Positions 41,278 through 51,960 are shown, counted from the first letter of the stretch. The stretch: DNA of 64,000 nucleotides from Gammaproteobacteria bacterium (GCA_026195255.1 JAPHSS010000026.1:15403-79402), one strand, 5' to 3'. The notes: generated by a model from the sequence alone, not told the origin. Made by a program: numbers and translations.

Positions 41278-42105
41278 ATGTTAAAGATGAATTTTAAACG
41301 GATTTCAGTGTTGTTATTAGTGTTAATTTATCCGCTGGAGGCGCTGTCTGATTATCTGTTTACAGCGCCACCAAGAGAGAGCCCTGAACGGGGCGCTGAA
41401 ATATATAAACCGATTGCTGATTTTCTAACTAAATCTACAGGTGAGCGGTTTATATATAAGCAGCCTTCGAGTTGGGCTGAATATAGTCAGGCTATGCAAA
41501 ATAAAGAATATGACCTGGTTTTTGACGGGCCACATTTTGTTAGCTGGCGAATTGAATATATTCAACATGATGTGCTGGCAAAATTACCTCAGCTGCATAT
41601 ATGGCGCGTTATCGTAAGAGCTGACGCGCCGGGCATTAATAACCTGGATGATTTAGTTGGCAAAAAAGTCTGTGCTCCCAAGTCGCCCAATTTCGGCATG
41701 TTGACGATGATGAGTCATTATACTAACCCGGAAAAAGAACCGATTCATATTATTACAAAGGGCTGGAAAGGCGCGTTTAACGCGGTTGTCGAAGGCAAGT
41801 GTGTTGCAGCCGTGATACCCAAAACAAATCATCGCAAGTTTGACCCGGATCTGAAAAAAACAAAAGCGCTACACACCCATCTGCCCTATCCAAACCAGGC
41901 TTTTACGGCGGGAGCGGGCATAACACCTAACTTGAAATCTAAAATAGCTAAAGAGCTGTTGTCTCCGGAAGGTCAGAGCGCATTATCACACTTACGTGAT
42001 AGGTTTACCCGTGGTGCCTTGTTGGTAAGTGCCGATAATGAAGAGTATGAGGGTATTAGTATGGTCTTAAAAAGAGCTGATAATTTCAGAAGTGCAGCAA
42101 AGTAA
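41278..42105 (+). CDS. PhnD/SsuA-like periplasmic substrate-binding protein (orphan)
   Basis: Signal peptide; YKPIADFLTKSTG, YDLVFDGPH, LDDLVGKKV and PYPNQAF motifs. Confidence 0.8.
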   Translation: MLKMNFKRISVLLLVLIYPLEALSDYLFTAPPRESPERGAEIYKPIADFLTKSTGERFIYKQPSSWAEYSQAMQNKEYDLVFDGPHFVSWRIEYIQHDVLAKLPQLHIWRVIVRADAPGINNLDDLVGKKVCAPKSPNFGMLTMMSHYTNPEKEPIHIITKGWKGAFNAVVEGKCVAAVIPKTNHRKFDPDLKKTKALHTHLPYPNQAFTAGAGITPNLKSKIAKELLSPEGQSALSHLRDRFTRGALLVSADNEEYEGISMVLKRADNFRSAAK

Positions 42106-42383
42106 ATACATATTAAAACCCCGTAATTTTCATATGTAACTGATTGTGAGTTAGAGGCCTGATGCGCTGACTCACGATTCATATCATCTTGAGCTAACCC
42201 ATAACAATATTTCTGCTTTGAATTGTGGTTATCTCGTCTCAAGTGTATTAAAAAACCATTAATTACATAATTTCATCGCGTATTCTTAGCCTGTGCCTGT
42301 CACGAGTGTTAAACTCTTCTCAAATTTAATATGCATTACATAGTAGAGGGTAATATGGTCGGGTTTGGCAAACGGATATATTT

Positions 42384-42920
42384 GTGACTGTTCGTATTCT
42401 CGGCATAGACCCCGGCTCGAGGCAAACGGGTTATGGCATCATAGACTCTGATAAAAACCATTCCACGCATATTGATAGTGGTTGTATTTATGTTAAGGGT
42501 GAAACTTTTGCTGATCGTTTAGGGGATATTTTTCAGAAAATAAGCATCATTATTTCTGAATATGAACCAGTCGAACTCTCTATTGAACAGGTTTTTGTGA
42601 ATAAAAATGTCGATTCTGCATTAAAGCTGGGTCAGGCACGGGCGGCAGCCATTTGTGCAGCAGTGAATGCGGGTTTAAAGGTTAGCGAATATACACCAAA
42701 AGCCGTTAAAAGCGCTGTGGTAGGCTCTGGAAATGCCAGCAAAGAGCAAGTACAGCACATGATGTCAATGTTATTGAAGCTGGAAAAAGGCCTTCAGGCG
42801 GATCAGGCAGATGCTTTGGGTATTGCTTTATGCCATGCTCACAACCGGAGTTTGACGGGTAAAATAGCATTGCCGGGGCGTAAGCGCTCATCAACACGCT
42901 GGACATCGGTGCCTAAATAA
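42384..42920 (+). CDS. ruvC: Holliday junction resolvase RuvC
   Basis: ILGIDPG, IEQVF, LKLGQARA and DQADAL motifs. Confidence 0.96.
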   Translation: MTVRILGIDPGSRQTGYGIIDSDKNHSTHIDSGCIYVKGETFADRLGDIFQKISIIISEYEPVELSIEQVFVNKNVDSALKLGQARAAAICAAVNAGLKVSEYTPKAVKSAVVGSGNASKEQVQHMMSMLLKLEKGLQADQADALGIALCHAHNRSLTGKIALPGRKRSSTRWTSVPK

Positions 42921-42961
42921 TAAGTTATAAATAACATAACTACGAAATATAAAGAAAAAAT

Positions 42962-43570
42962 ATGATTGGCAGAATTCACGGCAAAATAATTGAAAAACAG
43001 CCCCCACAACTATTAATAGATGTGCAGGGTGTGGGTTATGAAATTGACTCACCCATGTCGACTTTTTATCAATTACCAAATCTGGGTGAGTTAGTTACTT
43101 TGCATACCCATATGGTTGTGCGTGAAGATGCGCAATTGCTCTACGGTTTTGCATCCATAGTTGAACGCAGTTTATTTAGAATATTAATAAAAATTAGTGG
43201 TGTGGGGCCTAAACTTGCATTAACCATATTATCAGGCATGAATGCCAATGAGTTTATCGCCTGTGTGCAGGACAATGACGCTGCGGCCTTAGTTCGTTTG
43301 CCCGGTGTTGGTAAAAAAACAGCAGAACGCTTAATTATAGAATTAAGAGATAAGTTAAAAGACCAGCAGGTTGAAGCAAATTCGGCTGCAAACAAGGGAG
43401 TAGAGTCCCAATCTGTTGCCACTTCGTCAGTTTCTGATGCGGTAAGTGCATTAGTTGCATTAGGTTATAAAGGGCCTGAAGCCAGTCGTATGGTACGTCT
43501 GATAGATAGTAATGATCTGGGGACAGAAGAAATAATACGTCTGAGTTTACAGGCTGCGGTGAAGAAATAG
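42962..43570 (+). CDS. ruvA: Holliday junction helicase subunit RuvA
   Basis: VRED..LYGF, GVGPKLAL and PGVGKKTAERL motifs. Confidence 0.97.
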   Translation: MIGRIHGKIIEKQPPQLLIDVQGVGYEIDSPMSTFYQLPNLGELVTLHTHMVVREDAQLLYGFASIVERSLFRILIKISGVGPKLALTILSGMNANEFIACVQDNDAAALVRLPGVGKKTAERLIIELRDKLKDQQVEANSAANKGVESQSVATSSVSDAVSALVALGYKGPEASRMVRLIDSNDLGTEEIIRLSLQAAVKK

Positions 43571-43573
43571 AAA

Positions 43574-44608
43574 ATGAATGAACGCATCATAACAGCAGAG
43601 CTTTCTAATGACGAAGAGGGTATAGATCATGCCATTCGCCCAAAGTTACTAAAAGATTACGCCGGGCAGCCGACCGCATCTGAGCAACTGGATATATTTA
43701 TTCCAGCGGCGCGTAATCGTGCCGAGGCGCTTGATCATTTACTTATATTCGGCCCCCCGGGTCTGGGTAAAACCACACTGGCACATATTGTAGCCAATGA
43801 AATGGGGGTTAATCTCCGACAGACATCGGGTCCTGTGTTAGAAAAGCAGGGAGATCTCGCCGCCCTATTAACTAATCTTGAACCCCATGATGTTTTATTT
43901 ATTGATGAAATTCATCGATTGAGTCCGGTTGTTGAAGAGGTGTTATATCCGGCTATGGAAGATTACCAGCTGGATATTATGATTGGAGAGGGCCCCGCCG
44001 CCAGATCGATAAAATTAGATTTACCGCCTTTCACATTAATTGGTGCAACGACCAGGGCGGGTTCACTGACCTCTCCTTTACGAGATCGGTTTGGCATAGT
44101 TTTACGCCTTGAATTTTATAAAATTAGTGATCTAAGCCGTATTGTGGCGCGTTCTGCGTTAATACTGGGGGTTGAGCTGGACGCTGAAGGTGCTGCTGAA
44201 ATAGCCCGAAGAGCACGTGGCACTCCAAGAATAGCCAACCGCCTGTTACGCAGGGTTCGTGATTATGCTGAAATTAAAGCAGATGGAAAAATAGATAAAA
44301 ATGTCGCATCAAAAGCACTGGATATGCTGAAAGTTGATTCCTATGGTTTTGATAATATGGATCGAAATTTACTCACCACTATCATTGATAAGTTTTCTGG
44401 CGGACCAGTCGGTGTTGAAAATCTGGCTGCGGCAATTGGTGAAGAGCGTGATACGATTGAGGATGTAATAGAGCCCTATCTAATACAGCAGGGTTTTTTG
44501 ATGAGAACACCCCGTGGCAGGGTGGCTACACCGAATGCTTATCGGCATTTAGGTTTAAGGCCGCCAGCCAGTTCAGTTGAATTATTCGTTGATGATGAAA
44601 CTATTTAG
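43574..44608 (+). CDS. ruvB: Holliday junction helicase subunit RuvB
   Basis: [21 protein letters not shown] and RTPRGR motifs. Confidence 0.98.
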   Translation: MNERIITAELSNDEEGIDHAIRPKLLKDYAGQPTASEQLDIFIPAARNRAEALDHLLIFGPPGLGKTTLAHIVANEMGVNLRQTSGPVLEKQGDLAALLTNLEPHDVLFIDEIHRLSPVVEEVLYPAMEDYQLDIMIGEGPAARSIKLDLPPFTLIGATTRAGSLTSPLRDRFGIVLRLEFYKISDLSRIVARSALILGVELDAEGAAEIARRARGTPRIANRLLRRVRDYAEIKADGKIDKNVASKALDMLKVDSYGFDNMDRNLLTTIIDKFSGGPVGVENLAAAIGEERDTIEDVIEPYLIQQGFLMRTPRGRVATPNAYRHLGLRPPASSVELFVDDETI

Positions 44609-44726
44609 AGAAAGATTTAACCCCCTTTTTTATGTTGTGACGTTTATATGAAATAATCTACCTGGGTCACAACAGAGAAAGATAAAATTATTAAAATGAG
44701 CAAACACTTTCAAAGTGGAAACAAAA

Positions 44727-45134
44727 ATGAACTTTAACTGGCCGGTACGCGTCTATTACGAGGATACGGATTCCGGTGGTGTTGTATATTACGCTAATTA
44801 TTTAAAGTTTATGGAAAGGGCGAGAACAGAGTTTTTACGTCATCTCGGATTTGAGCAGGATCAATTGATTAAACAGCTAAATATTATTTTCGCAGTGCGC
44901 ACTGTACACTGCGATTATATGAGCCCTGCAATTTTTAACGATGACTTAACCGTAACCGCAGATTTAGTAGAGCTTAAAAAAGCCAGTATGTTATTTGAGC
45001 AAAAAATAGTTAGAAAAAATCAACAGGATAAAATTCTTTGTCAGGGGAAAATACGTATTGCCTGTCTAAAAGCAGATACATTTAAACCCTGCGCTATACC
45101 CAAATCAATAATGGAGGTCGCAAGTGTCGACTGA
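44727..45134 (+). CDS. ybgC: Tol-Pal-associated acyl-CoA thioesterase
   Basis: RVYYEDTDSGGVVYYANYLKFMERARTE; precedes tolQ. Confidence 0.93.
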   Translation: MNFNWPVRVYYEDTDSGGVVYYANYLKFMERARTEFLRHLGFEQDQLIKQLNIIFAVRTVHCDYMSPAIFNDDLTVTADLVELKKASMLFEQKIVRKNQQDKILCQGKIRIACLKADTFKPCAIPKSIMEVASVD

Positions 45135-45867
45135 TTTATCTCTTATTACACTTGTCCTGGAAGCCAGTTTACTGGTGCAGTTTGTGATGCTGGTATTGCT
45201 GGCAGCTTCGGTTATATCCTGGTTTGTTATATTTCAGAAAAATAAATTATTAAAATCAGTCTCAAAAGATGCCAAGCGGTTTGAAGATGAGTTTTGGTCA
45301 GGAGGCGATTTAAGCGAATTATATACCCAGCTAAGCCGTCGAAGGATAGAACGTGAAGGCATGGAAAAGGTTTTTGAAACCGGCTTTGCCGAGTTTGCAC
45401 GAGCTTACAAAACAACAACCGACCCTGCATTTATGATGGCAAGTATTCAGCGTAGTATGAAAGTTGTACTGTCACGTGAAGAAGAAAAACTGGAGTCTAA
45501 TTTATCATTGTTAGCGACTATTGGTTCAACCAGCCCCTATGTAGGTTTGTTTGGAACGGTATGGGGAATTATGAATTCGTTTACCGCATTAGGCGCTGTG
45601 CAGAATGCGTCTTTAAATATGGTGGCACCGGGCATCGCCGAGGCATTAATAGCCACAGCGATGGGTTTGTTTGCCGCGATACCTGCTGTGGTTGCCTATA
45701 ATCGATATTCAGATCAGGTTGAGAGACTGGTTGTTCGTTATGAAAACTTTATGGAAGAGTTTACGACGGTTTTACAGCGCCAGTCGCAAAGAAAACCTAA
45801 ACCACCTAAAAGCAATGACAATGTAGAAACAGCAAATCAACAGGCTGATACGGCAGAGGCAGAATAA
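45124..45867 (+). CDS. tolQ: TolQ
   Basis: SPYVGLFGTVWGIM and PGIAEALIATAMGL motifs. Confidence 0.96.
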   Translation: MSTDLSLITLVLEASLLVQFVMLVLLAASVISWFVIFQKNKLLKSVSKDAKRFEDEFWSGGDLSELYTQLSRRRIEREGMEKVFETGFAEFARAYKTTTDPAFMMASIQRSMKVVLSREEEKLESNLSLLATIGSTSPYVGLFGTVWGIMNSFTALGAVQNASLNMVAPGIAEALIATAMGLFAAIPAVVAYNRYSDQVERLVVRYENFMEEFTTVLQRQSQRKPKPPKSNDNVETANQQADTAEAE

Positions 45868-45869
45868 GT

Positions 45870-46289
45870 ATGGGCTCTAAGAAAAGGCGCCCGATGTCGG
45901 AAATTAATGTGGTGCCCTATATTGATGTGATGCTGGTGTTGCTTGTTATTTTTATGATAACCGCGCCTATTGTTCAGCAAGGGGTAGAGATTGATCTACC
46001 TCAGGCAGCAGCAAAAACGATGTCACCGGATGAGTCAGAGCCTGTTGTTGTTTCGGTAGACAGAAAAGGTGATTTTTACCTTGATATAGGTGATGAGCCT
46101 GATAAACCTATTGATGCTATGTTAATGGTTAACCGAGTTGCTGCTGTACGACAGCTTAAGCCTGATATACCAGTGTTAGTAAGGGGTGATCGTAATGTAG
46201 GTTATGGAAAAGTGATTGATGCCATGGTGTTACTGCAAAAAGCCGGTGTTGAAAAAGTGGGATTAATGACAGATCAGCCGGATAACTAA
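45870..46289 (+). CDS. tolR: TolR
   Basis: EINVVPYIDVMLVLLVIFM motif. Confidence 0.96.
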   Translation: MGSKKRRPMSEINVVPYIDVMLVLLVIFMITAPIVQQGVEIDLPQAAAKTMSPDESEPVVVSVDRKGDFYLDIGDEPDKPIDAMLMVNRVAAVRQLKPDIPVLVRGDRNVGYGKVIDAMVLLQKAGVEKVGLMTDQPDN

Positions 46290-46290
46290 T

Positions 46291-47187
46291 ATGCATAACA
46301 GCATATTTTCACAGATTAAAAACCATCCTTTTATATTTGCTCTGGCATTAGGCCTGCATGTGTTGCTGGTTGTTATACTCACCTTTAGCATGAGTCATAC
46401 TACTGCGCCGAAAATGCCAGCAGCTAAGAAAGTAGATACAGTCAAAGCTGTTATTATTGATGCAAGTATTGTTGAAAAAGAAAAACAAAAACTAATACGC
46501 GCAGAGGAAAGCAAAAAAAATAAACAGCTAGCACAGAAAAATAAATTAGATCGTGAAGCAAAAAAAGCACGCGATAAACGTAAAAAAGAAGAAAAGCGCC
46601 TGGCTAACTTAAAAGCGGAAGAAAAAAAGCGTAAACAAAAGCTGGCGTTAAAAGAAAAAGCTGAACGTGAAAAGAAAAACAAAGAACTGGAAAAGCTCAA
46701 GCAGGAACAGAAAGAGTTAGAGCAAAAGCGTAGAGATGAACAGCAAAAACTGGCGGCTATCGAAGAAAAACGTAAAGCTGAAGAAATTGCTGTGCGTAAG
46801 AAAAAAGAAGCTGCAGAAGCAGAGCTAAGACGTAAAGCCCAGGAGGCCGAAATGCGTCAGCAAATGCTTGAGGAAGAGCGGCGTCTTGCAAAAAGAAGTG
46901 CAGAGAACCAGAAATTGTTAAGTCAGTATATTTATCAGATACAGAAGAAAGTAGAAATGAACTGGAATGCACCTGCGAGCATGACGGCTGGCTGGTCATG
47001 TGAAATAATGGTCGAGCAAAATCGTTTTGGTGAAGTTCTAAATGTACGTATCAAACAATGCTCTGGTAGTGAAGCTTTTAAAAGCACGGTTGAACGTGCC
47101 GTACGAAAAGCATCGCCATTGCCAGAGGCGCCTAATAATGATGTCTTTGAGAAGAAACTGAATTTTATTTTCAGGCCTGATGTATGA
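46291..47187 (+). CDS. tolA: TolA
   Basis: N-terminal TM with His, K/E/A-rich helix, C-terminal RAVRKASPLP domain; synteny. Confidence 0.9.
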   Translation: MHNSIFSQIKNHPFIFALALGLHVLLVVILTFSMSHTTAPKMPAAKKVDTVKAVIIDASIVEKEKQKLIRAEESKKNKQLAQKNKLDREAKKARDKRKKEEKRLANLKAEEKKRKQKLALKEKAEREKKNKELEKLKQEQKELEQKRRDEQQKLAAIEEKRKAEEIAVRKKKEAAEAELRRKAQEAEMRQQMLEEERRLAKRSAENQKLLSQYIYQIQKKVEMNWNAPASMTAGWSCEIMVEQNRFGEVLNVRIKQCSGSEAFKSTVERAVRKASPLPEAPNNDVFEKKLNFIFRPDV

Positions 47188-48482
47188 AAAAAATACTTAT
47201 TAAATTATCCATGATGTTCCTGCTTTTTACACTTTTTAATGCTCAAGCGGCATTACGTGTGGAAATTACCAAGGGCGCCGACGGCGCAGTTCCAGTTGCA
47301 GTGGTTCCATTTGAGCTTATTGGGCAGGCCGCTGGCCTGACTAATGTTTCAGATATTGTGGCCGCAGATTTGAAACGAAGTGGTAAATTTTCACCCATTG
47401 AAAAGAGCAAATTAATCGCCTATCCAAAGGACCTTGAAGAGGTTAATTATAAGTTATGGAGAGTGGCTGGAATTGATCATCTGGTGATTGGAAAATTAAA
47501 TGTCATTAAACCAGGTCAGTATGAAATTAGTTTCCGCCTGGTTGATGTTTTTAAAGGGGTGCAGGTTTTAGGTTATCAGTTCGCTGCAAACGACCATAGC
47601 TTACGAAGTATCAGTCACCATATTAGTGACCTGATTTATGAAAAAATAACCGGTCAAAAAGGCGCTTTTGATACAAAAATTGCCTATGTAACCGCTGAGC
47701 GTAAACAGGGCATGCAGCCTTCATATAAATTGCAGGTGGCGGATACAGATGGTTTCAACTCACAGACTGTCTTAAATTCTACACAGCCAATTATGTCGCC
47801 TTCATGGTCACCAGATGGTAATAAGCTGGCGTATGTTAGTTTTGAAAAGCGTAAATCTGAAATATATGTACAAAACCTGTTTAGTCAGAAACGAGAAAAA
47901 GTCAGCACATTCAAAGGTATTAATGGTGCACCAGTGTGGTCTCCAGATGGTAAAAAGTTAGCCTTAACTTTATCTAAAGGTGGCAACCCTGACATTTATA
48001 TTTTAACGTTAGAAACAAAAAAATTAAAACAAATAACCAAACACTGGGGTATAGATACGGAGCCAGCCTGGACGCCCGATGGCAGTGAGGTTGTTTTTAC
48101 CTCCAGCCGTAGTGGAAAACCACAGATTTACAGAGTACCTGCCAAAGGTGGTTTGGCAAAACGTATTACTTTTGATGGAAAGTATAATGCCAGCCCTGAA
48201 GTATCGAGTGACGGGCGTACATTAATATATGTTCAGGGAGAAGGAAATATCTTCAAAATCTCAAGTATGGATTTACAGTCAGGTTTTGTGCAGGTCTTAA
48301 CCGATGGTCCATTGGATGAATCACCCAGCTTTGCACCGAATGGCAGCATGATATTATATGCTTCAACTGATAAGTTTAAGGGTGTGTTAGCTGCGGTTTC
48401 AACGGATGGTCGATTTAAACAAAAGTTAGTATTGTCTGAAGGTGACGTGCGAGAGCCAACCTGGGGTCCGTTCAGGAAATAA
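47184..48482 (+). CDS. tolB: TolB beta-propeller protein
   Basis: GAFDTKIAYV and repeated PxWSPDG blades. Confidence 0.96.
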   Translation: MKKILIKLSMMFLLFTLFNAQAALRVEITKGADGAVPVAVVPFELIGQAAGLTNVSDIVAADLKRSGKFSPIEKSKLIAYPKDLEEVNYKLWRVAGIDHLVIGKLNVIKPGQYEISFRLVDVFKGVQVLGYQFAANDHSLRSISHHISDLIYEKITGQKGAFDTKIAYVTAERKQGMQPSYKLQVADTDGFNSQTVLNSTQPIMSPSWSPDGNKLAYVSFEKRKSEIYVQNLFSQKREKVSTFKGINGAPVWSPDGKKLALTLSKGGNPDIYILTLETKKLKQITKHWGIDTEPAWTPDGSEVVFTSSRSGKPQIYRVPAKGGLAKRITFDGKYNASPEVSSDGRTLIYVQGEGNIFKISSMDLQSGFVQVLTDGPLDESPSFAPNGSMILYASTDKFKGVLAAVSTDGRFKQKLVLSEGDVREPTWGPFRK

Positions 48483-48520
48483 CAGTTTTAAGAATGATGA
48501 ATTTAATTCAAGGGGAAATA

Positions 48521-49093
48521 ATGAAATTTACTAAATTAGTTTCAGCTCTAATGTTGTCGGGTTTATTAGCCGCCTGTTCACCGGATAACGTAAAAGATAA
48601 TCAGGCGGGCATGGATGATAATCAGCAGGATTCAAGTCAAACAGCTGATGGCGCACAAACAAGCGGCATAGATGGCGGGGGCACTGAAGGTGGCACGGCA
48701 TTAAATGGCGCTACCGTGTCTTATGATAAAGCGGCTATTAATGATGCGGGTAATGTGCTCGCTGAGAAAGTGGTTTATTTTGAATATGATAGTGATCAAA
48801 TTAGTCAGGATTATCAGGAGCTGATCGCCCATCACGGAAAATACCTTGCTGCGAATTCAGATATGAGCGTGCGCCTGGAAGGTCATGCTGATGAAAGAGG
48901 CAGTCGTGAATACAATGTTGCACTCGCTAATCGCCGTGCCCTGTCAGTTCGTAGACTTATATTGTTTCAAGGTGTAAATGCTGATCAGGTAAGCGTCATA
49001 AGTTACGGTGAAGAAAAACCTGTGGCACTTGGTCATGATGATGAGTCGTGGCGTTTAAATAGACGAGTAGAACTCGTATACGAAGCACGTTAA
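48521..49093 (+). CDS. pal: Peptidoglycan-associated lipoprotein
   Basis: Lipobox LAAC; GHADERGSREYN, SYGEEKP and NRRVE motifs. Confidence 0.95.
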   Translation: MKFTKLVSALMLSGLLAACSPDNVKDNQAGMDDNQQDSSQTADGAQTSGIDGGGTEGGTALNGATVSYDKAAINDAGNVLAEKVVYFEYDSDQISQDYQELIAHHGKYLAANSDMSVRLEGHADERGSREYNVALANRRALSVRRLILFQGVNADQVSVISYGEEKPVALGHDDESWRLNRRVELVYEAR

Positions 49094-49238
49094 TATACGG
49101 CTTATTATTTTAAGGTATTGTGGATTAAGTTGTCTGAAGATTTCGTTTGAGCGTATTGTTTTAGGCGGAATTTTCAGTTTATAAGACGAATCTGTAATTG
49201 TTTACCTTATTCAGTTTAACCTGCTAACAGGCGAAATT

Positions 49239-50060
49239 ATGTTATCAAAAACTGCCCGTTTTTTTGTAAAACCCGTATCACTTTCGTTATTGTTGATTTC
49301 ATTCAGTCCGCTAGTAATAGCTAACAACCTGAGTGTAGAGCAACGTCTGGGACGTCTGGAAAATCTGCTGCAGAATCAGATTTTGGTAGAGCAAACTCAG
49401 CGTATGGAGCAAATTCAGCAAGAATTAACCGAGATACGTGCCTTAGTTGAAAGTCAGGAACATCAGTTAGGCCTGATTAAACAGCGTCAGCGAAACCTTT
49501 ATCAGGATATGGATCGCCGTCTGAATGACCTGGAAATTAAGGGAGGAGGGCAATCGTCATCTTCCACTTCTGGTCAATCTTCTGCAGCGCTCGCCGGGCC
49601 ATCTTCTTCAGTGCCACCACCTGGTGCAGCCGGGGTAGCTACTGTAGCGGTTGCAGCGCCTGTCTCAGGTGATAAAAACGGTAAATCGGTATATGCCCAG
49701 GCTTTTAATACATTAAAGGAAGGTAAATATCAGCAGGCTATACTGGAATTTAATAATTTTCAGCAAAGTTACCCGGAAAGTGTCTATGGTGCTAATGCGC
49801 AATACTGGTTAGGAGAAGCTTATTCTGTTTCACGTGATTATAAAACAGCCCTTAACGAGTTTCAGAAAGTTGTAAACCAGTATCCGCAAAGTAATAAAGT
49901 TGAAGGTGCGATGCTGAAAATAGGTTATACCTACTATGAAATGGGTGACTGGGCATCGGCTAAAAGTGCTTTAGAGGCTGTGACAGTTAAGTTTCCTGGT
50001 ACTACAGTAGCTCGTAAAGCAAAAGAACGTTTACAGCGGATGAAACGTGAAGGTCATTAA
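49239..50060 (+). CDS. cpoB: Cell division coordinator CpoB (YbgF)
   Basis: Coiled coil plus TPR repeats (NAQYWLGE, AMLKIG); follows pal. Confidence 0.92.
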   Translation: MLSKTARFFVKPVSLSLLLISFSPLVIANNLSVEQRLGRLENLLQNQILVEQTQRMEQIQQELTEIRALVESQEHQLGLIKQRQRNLYQDMDRRLNDLEIKGGGQSSSSTSGQSSAALAGPSSSVPPPGAAGVATVAVAAPVSGDKNGKSVYAQAFNTLKEGKYQQAILEFNNFQQSYPESVYGANAQYWLGEAYSVSRDYKTALNEFQKVVNQYPQSNKVEGAMLKIGYTYYEMGDWASAKSALEAVTVKFPGTTVARKAKERLQRMKREGH

Positions 50061-50157
50061 TTACCGACCAGCTAATAACAATACTTTTTCTGATGTTTGT
50101 TTATTATGCTCTGAGAGTATGCTATCTGCAGATTTTTTAAGTTAAGGGTCAGTCGCA

Positions 50158-50844
50158 GTGTCATCTGATAGTTTGATTGAAATAAAAAATGATAGCGATA
50201 AAGAATCACGCCTGCGGATTAGTGAAATATTTTATTCCTTGCAGGGTGAGTCATCTTTTGTTGGTTTACCCACGGTATTTATCCGCCTGACGGGTTGTCC
50301 TTTACGCTGTGGTTACTGTGATACCGCATACGCCTTTACTGGCGGGCAGTGGATGCAGATCTCTGATATTCTTCAGCAAATAAAACAATACAATGCAAGA
50401 ACCGTGTGTGTTACAGGTGGTGAGCCTTTAGCGCAACGAGGCTGTGGCGAGTTGCTTAAACAATTGTCTGATGCAGATTATCAGGTATCTATTGAAACAT
50501 CGGGTTCCCTGGATATCTCGCAGGTGGATTCTCGTGTCAGTCGAATTATGGATATAAAAACACCAGGATCAGGTGAAGAGTCAAAAAATAAATATGCAAA
50601 TATTCAGTATTTAAATCAAGGTGATGAAGTTAAATTTGTTCTTTGTGACCGCCATGACTATGACTGGTCTAAAGAAATCATTAATAAATATAATTTGCTG
50701 GAAAAAACACAGGTACTTTTTTCACCAGTTCATGAAGGGGTTTCCCCGGCAGATTTGGCAGACTGGATTCTTACGGATCAGTTAAACGTAAGGTTCCAGT
50801 TTCAACTACATAAATTCTTATGGAATGATGAGCCCGGTCGCTAA
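50158..50844 (+). CDS. queE: 7-carboxy-7-deazaguanine synthase (radical SAM)
   Basis: EIFYSLQGE, CPLRCGYCD, TGGEPL and QLHK motifs. Confidence 0.95.
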   Translation: MSSDSLIEIKNDSDKESRLRISEIFYSLQGESSFVGLPTVFIRLTGCPLRCGYCDTAYAFTGGQWMQISDILQQIKQYNARTVCVTGGEPLAQRGCGELLKQLSDADYQVSIETSGSLDISQVDSRVSRIMDIKTPGSGEESKNKYANIQYLNQGDEVKFVLCDRHDYDWSKEIINKYNLLEKTQVLFSPVHEGVSPADLADWILTDQLNVRFQFQLHKFLWNDEPGR

Positions 50845-50891
50845 AAAATTGAAAGCCGATGCCAGAGAGAAGCAGGGTAAATATATAGTTT

Positions 50892-51581
50892 ATGAGTAAA
50901 AAAAAGAAAAAAGCAGTGTTACTGGTATCAGGTGGTTTAGATTCTGCTACCGTGTTAGCTATGGCTAAGGCACAGGGTTATGAGTGTTATGCATTGAGTT
51001 TTGATTATGGTCAAAAACATAATGCTGAGCTGAATGCGGCAAAAAAAATAACCCGGTTGTTTGGTGCTGTGCAACATCAAACCATGAAACTTGATTTAAA
51101 TGTATTTGGTGGTTCAGCTCTTACAGATGATGATATTGAAGTGCCCGTTGCGCAGACTGATGACACGGGTGGTATCCCCGTTACATATGTTCCCGCAAGA
51201 AATACAATATTTTTATCGATGGCACTAGCCTGGGCTGAAGTACTAAATTCAGATGATATATTCATTGGTGTAAACGCGGTGGATTATTCCGGTTACCCTG
51301 ATTGTCGGCCTGAATTTATTCATGCATTCGAAAGCATGGCAAACCTCGCTACTAAGGTAGGGGTTGAGGGGCATCACCTCAAAATACATACACCGTTAAT
51401 AAATATGAGCAAGGCGCAGATTATACAGGCAGGTTTAGAGCATGCAGTGGACTATTCATTAACGGTTTCCTGTTATTCTGCTGATCAGCAAGGCAGAGCA
51501 TGCGGTGTATGTGATTCATGTCAGCTAAGGCGTAAGGGCTTTGAGGAAGCGGGAGTAGCGGACCCAACTTTATATTCATAA
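50892..51581 (+). CDS. queC: 7-cyano-7-deazaguanine synthase
   Basis: SGGLDS, TYVPARN, YPDCR and CGVCDSC motifs. Confidence 0.96.
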   Translation: MSKKKKKAVLLVSGGLDSATVLAMAKAQGYECYALSFDYGQKHNAELNAAKKITRLFGAVQHQTMKLDLNVFGGSALTDDDIEVPVAQTDDTGGIPVTYVPARNTIFLSMALAWAEVLNSDDIFIGVNAVDYSGYPDCRPEFIHAFESMANLATKVGVEGHHLKIHTPLINMSKAQIIQAGLEHAVDYSLTVSCYSADQQGRACGVCDSCQLRRKGFEEAGVADPTLYS

Positions 51582-51925
51582 TTATTGCTGTAGCGTTAAC
51601 CTAAGGCTTTGTTATAGCCGAATGAATGTCTCAAGACCCCCAAATAACGGGTAGCATTTAAACGCGCTCTACGCGGCCGTTATTTAAACAGAAGAGTGCC
51701 TAAGTGTTGCAGGATGCACTAATAACCCGGTGGCTTTGGGTCTGCTTCTAAGATCACTATCTTCGCTGCAAGCATTTAAGAAGACAATTTTTTCGTTTAT
51801 TATTTTCTCGTCTAATTTAGTTAAGTGTACGTTTATAGCCTGCTGTATCAATTCGACAAATAATCTGACAACCGATTGACAGAAGACTAGTGATTTATAA
51901 TGTAGAAATTAAACGATTTATTGAC

Positions 51926-51960
51926 TTGTAATTTTGAGTGATTGAGGTAATATACGCGCC
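51926..51960 (+). promoter_or_regulatory. Putative stable-RNA sigma70 promoter for the tRNA locus
   Basis: TTGTAA-16-TAATAT followed by the GC-rich discriminator ACGCGCC. Confidence 0.5.

Noticed and set aside
51876..51901. Perfect TTGACA and TATAAT hexamers
   Set aside because: The spacer is only 14 bp, too short for a sigma70 promoter
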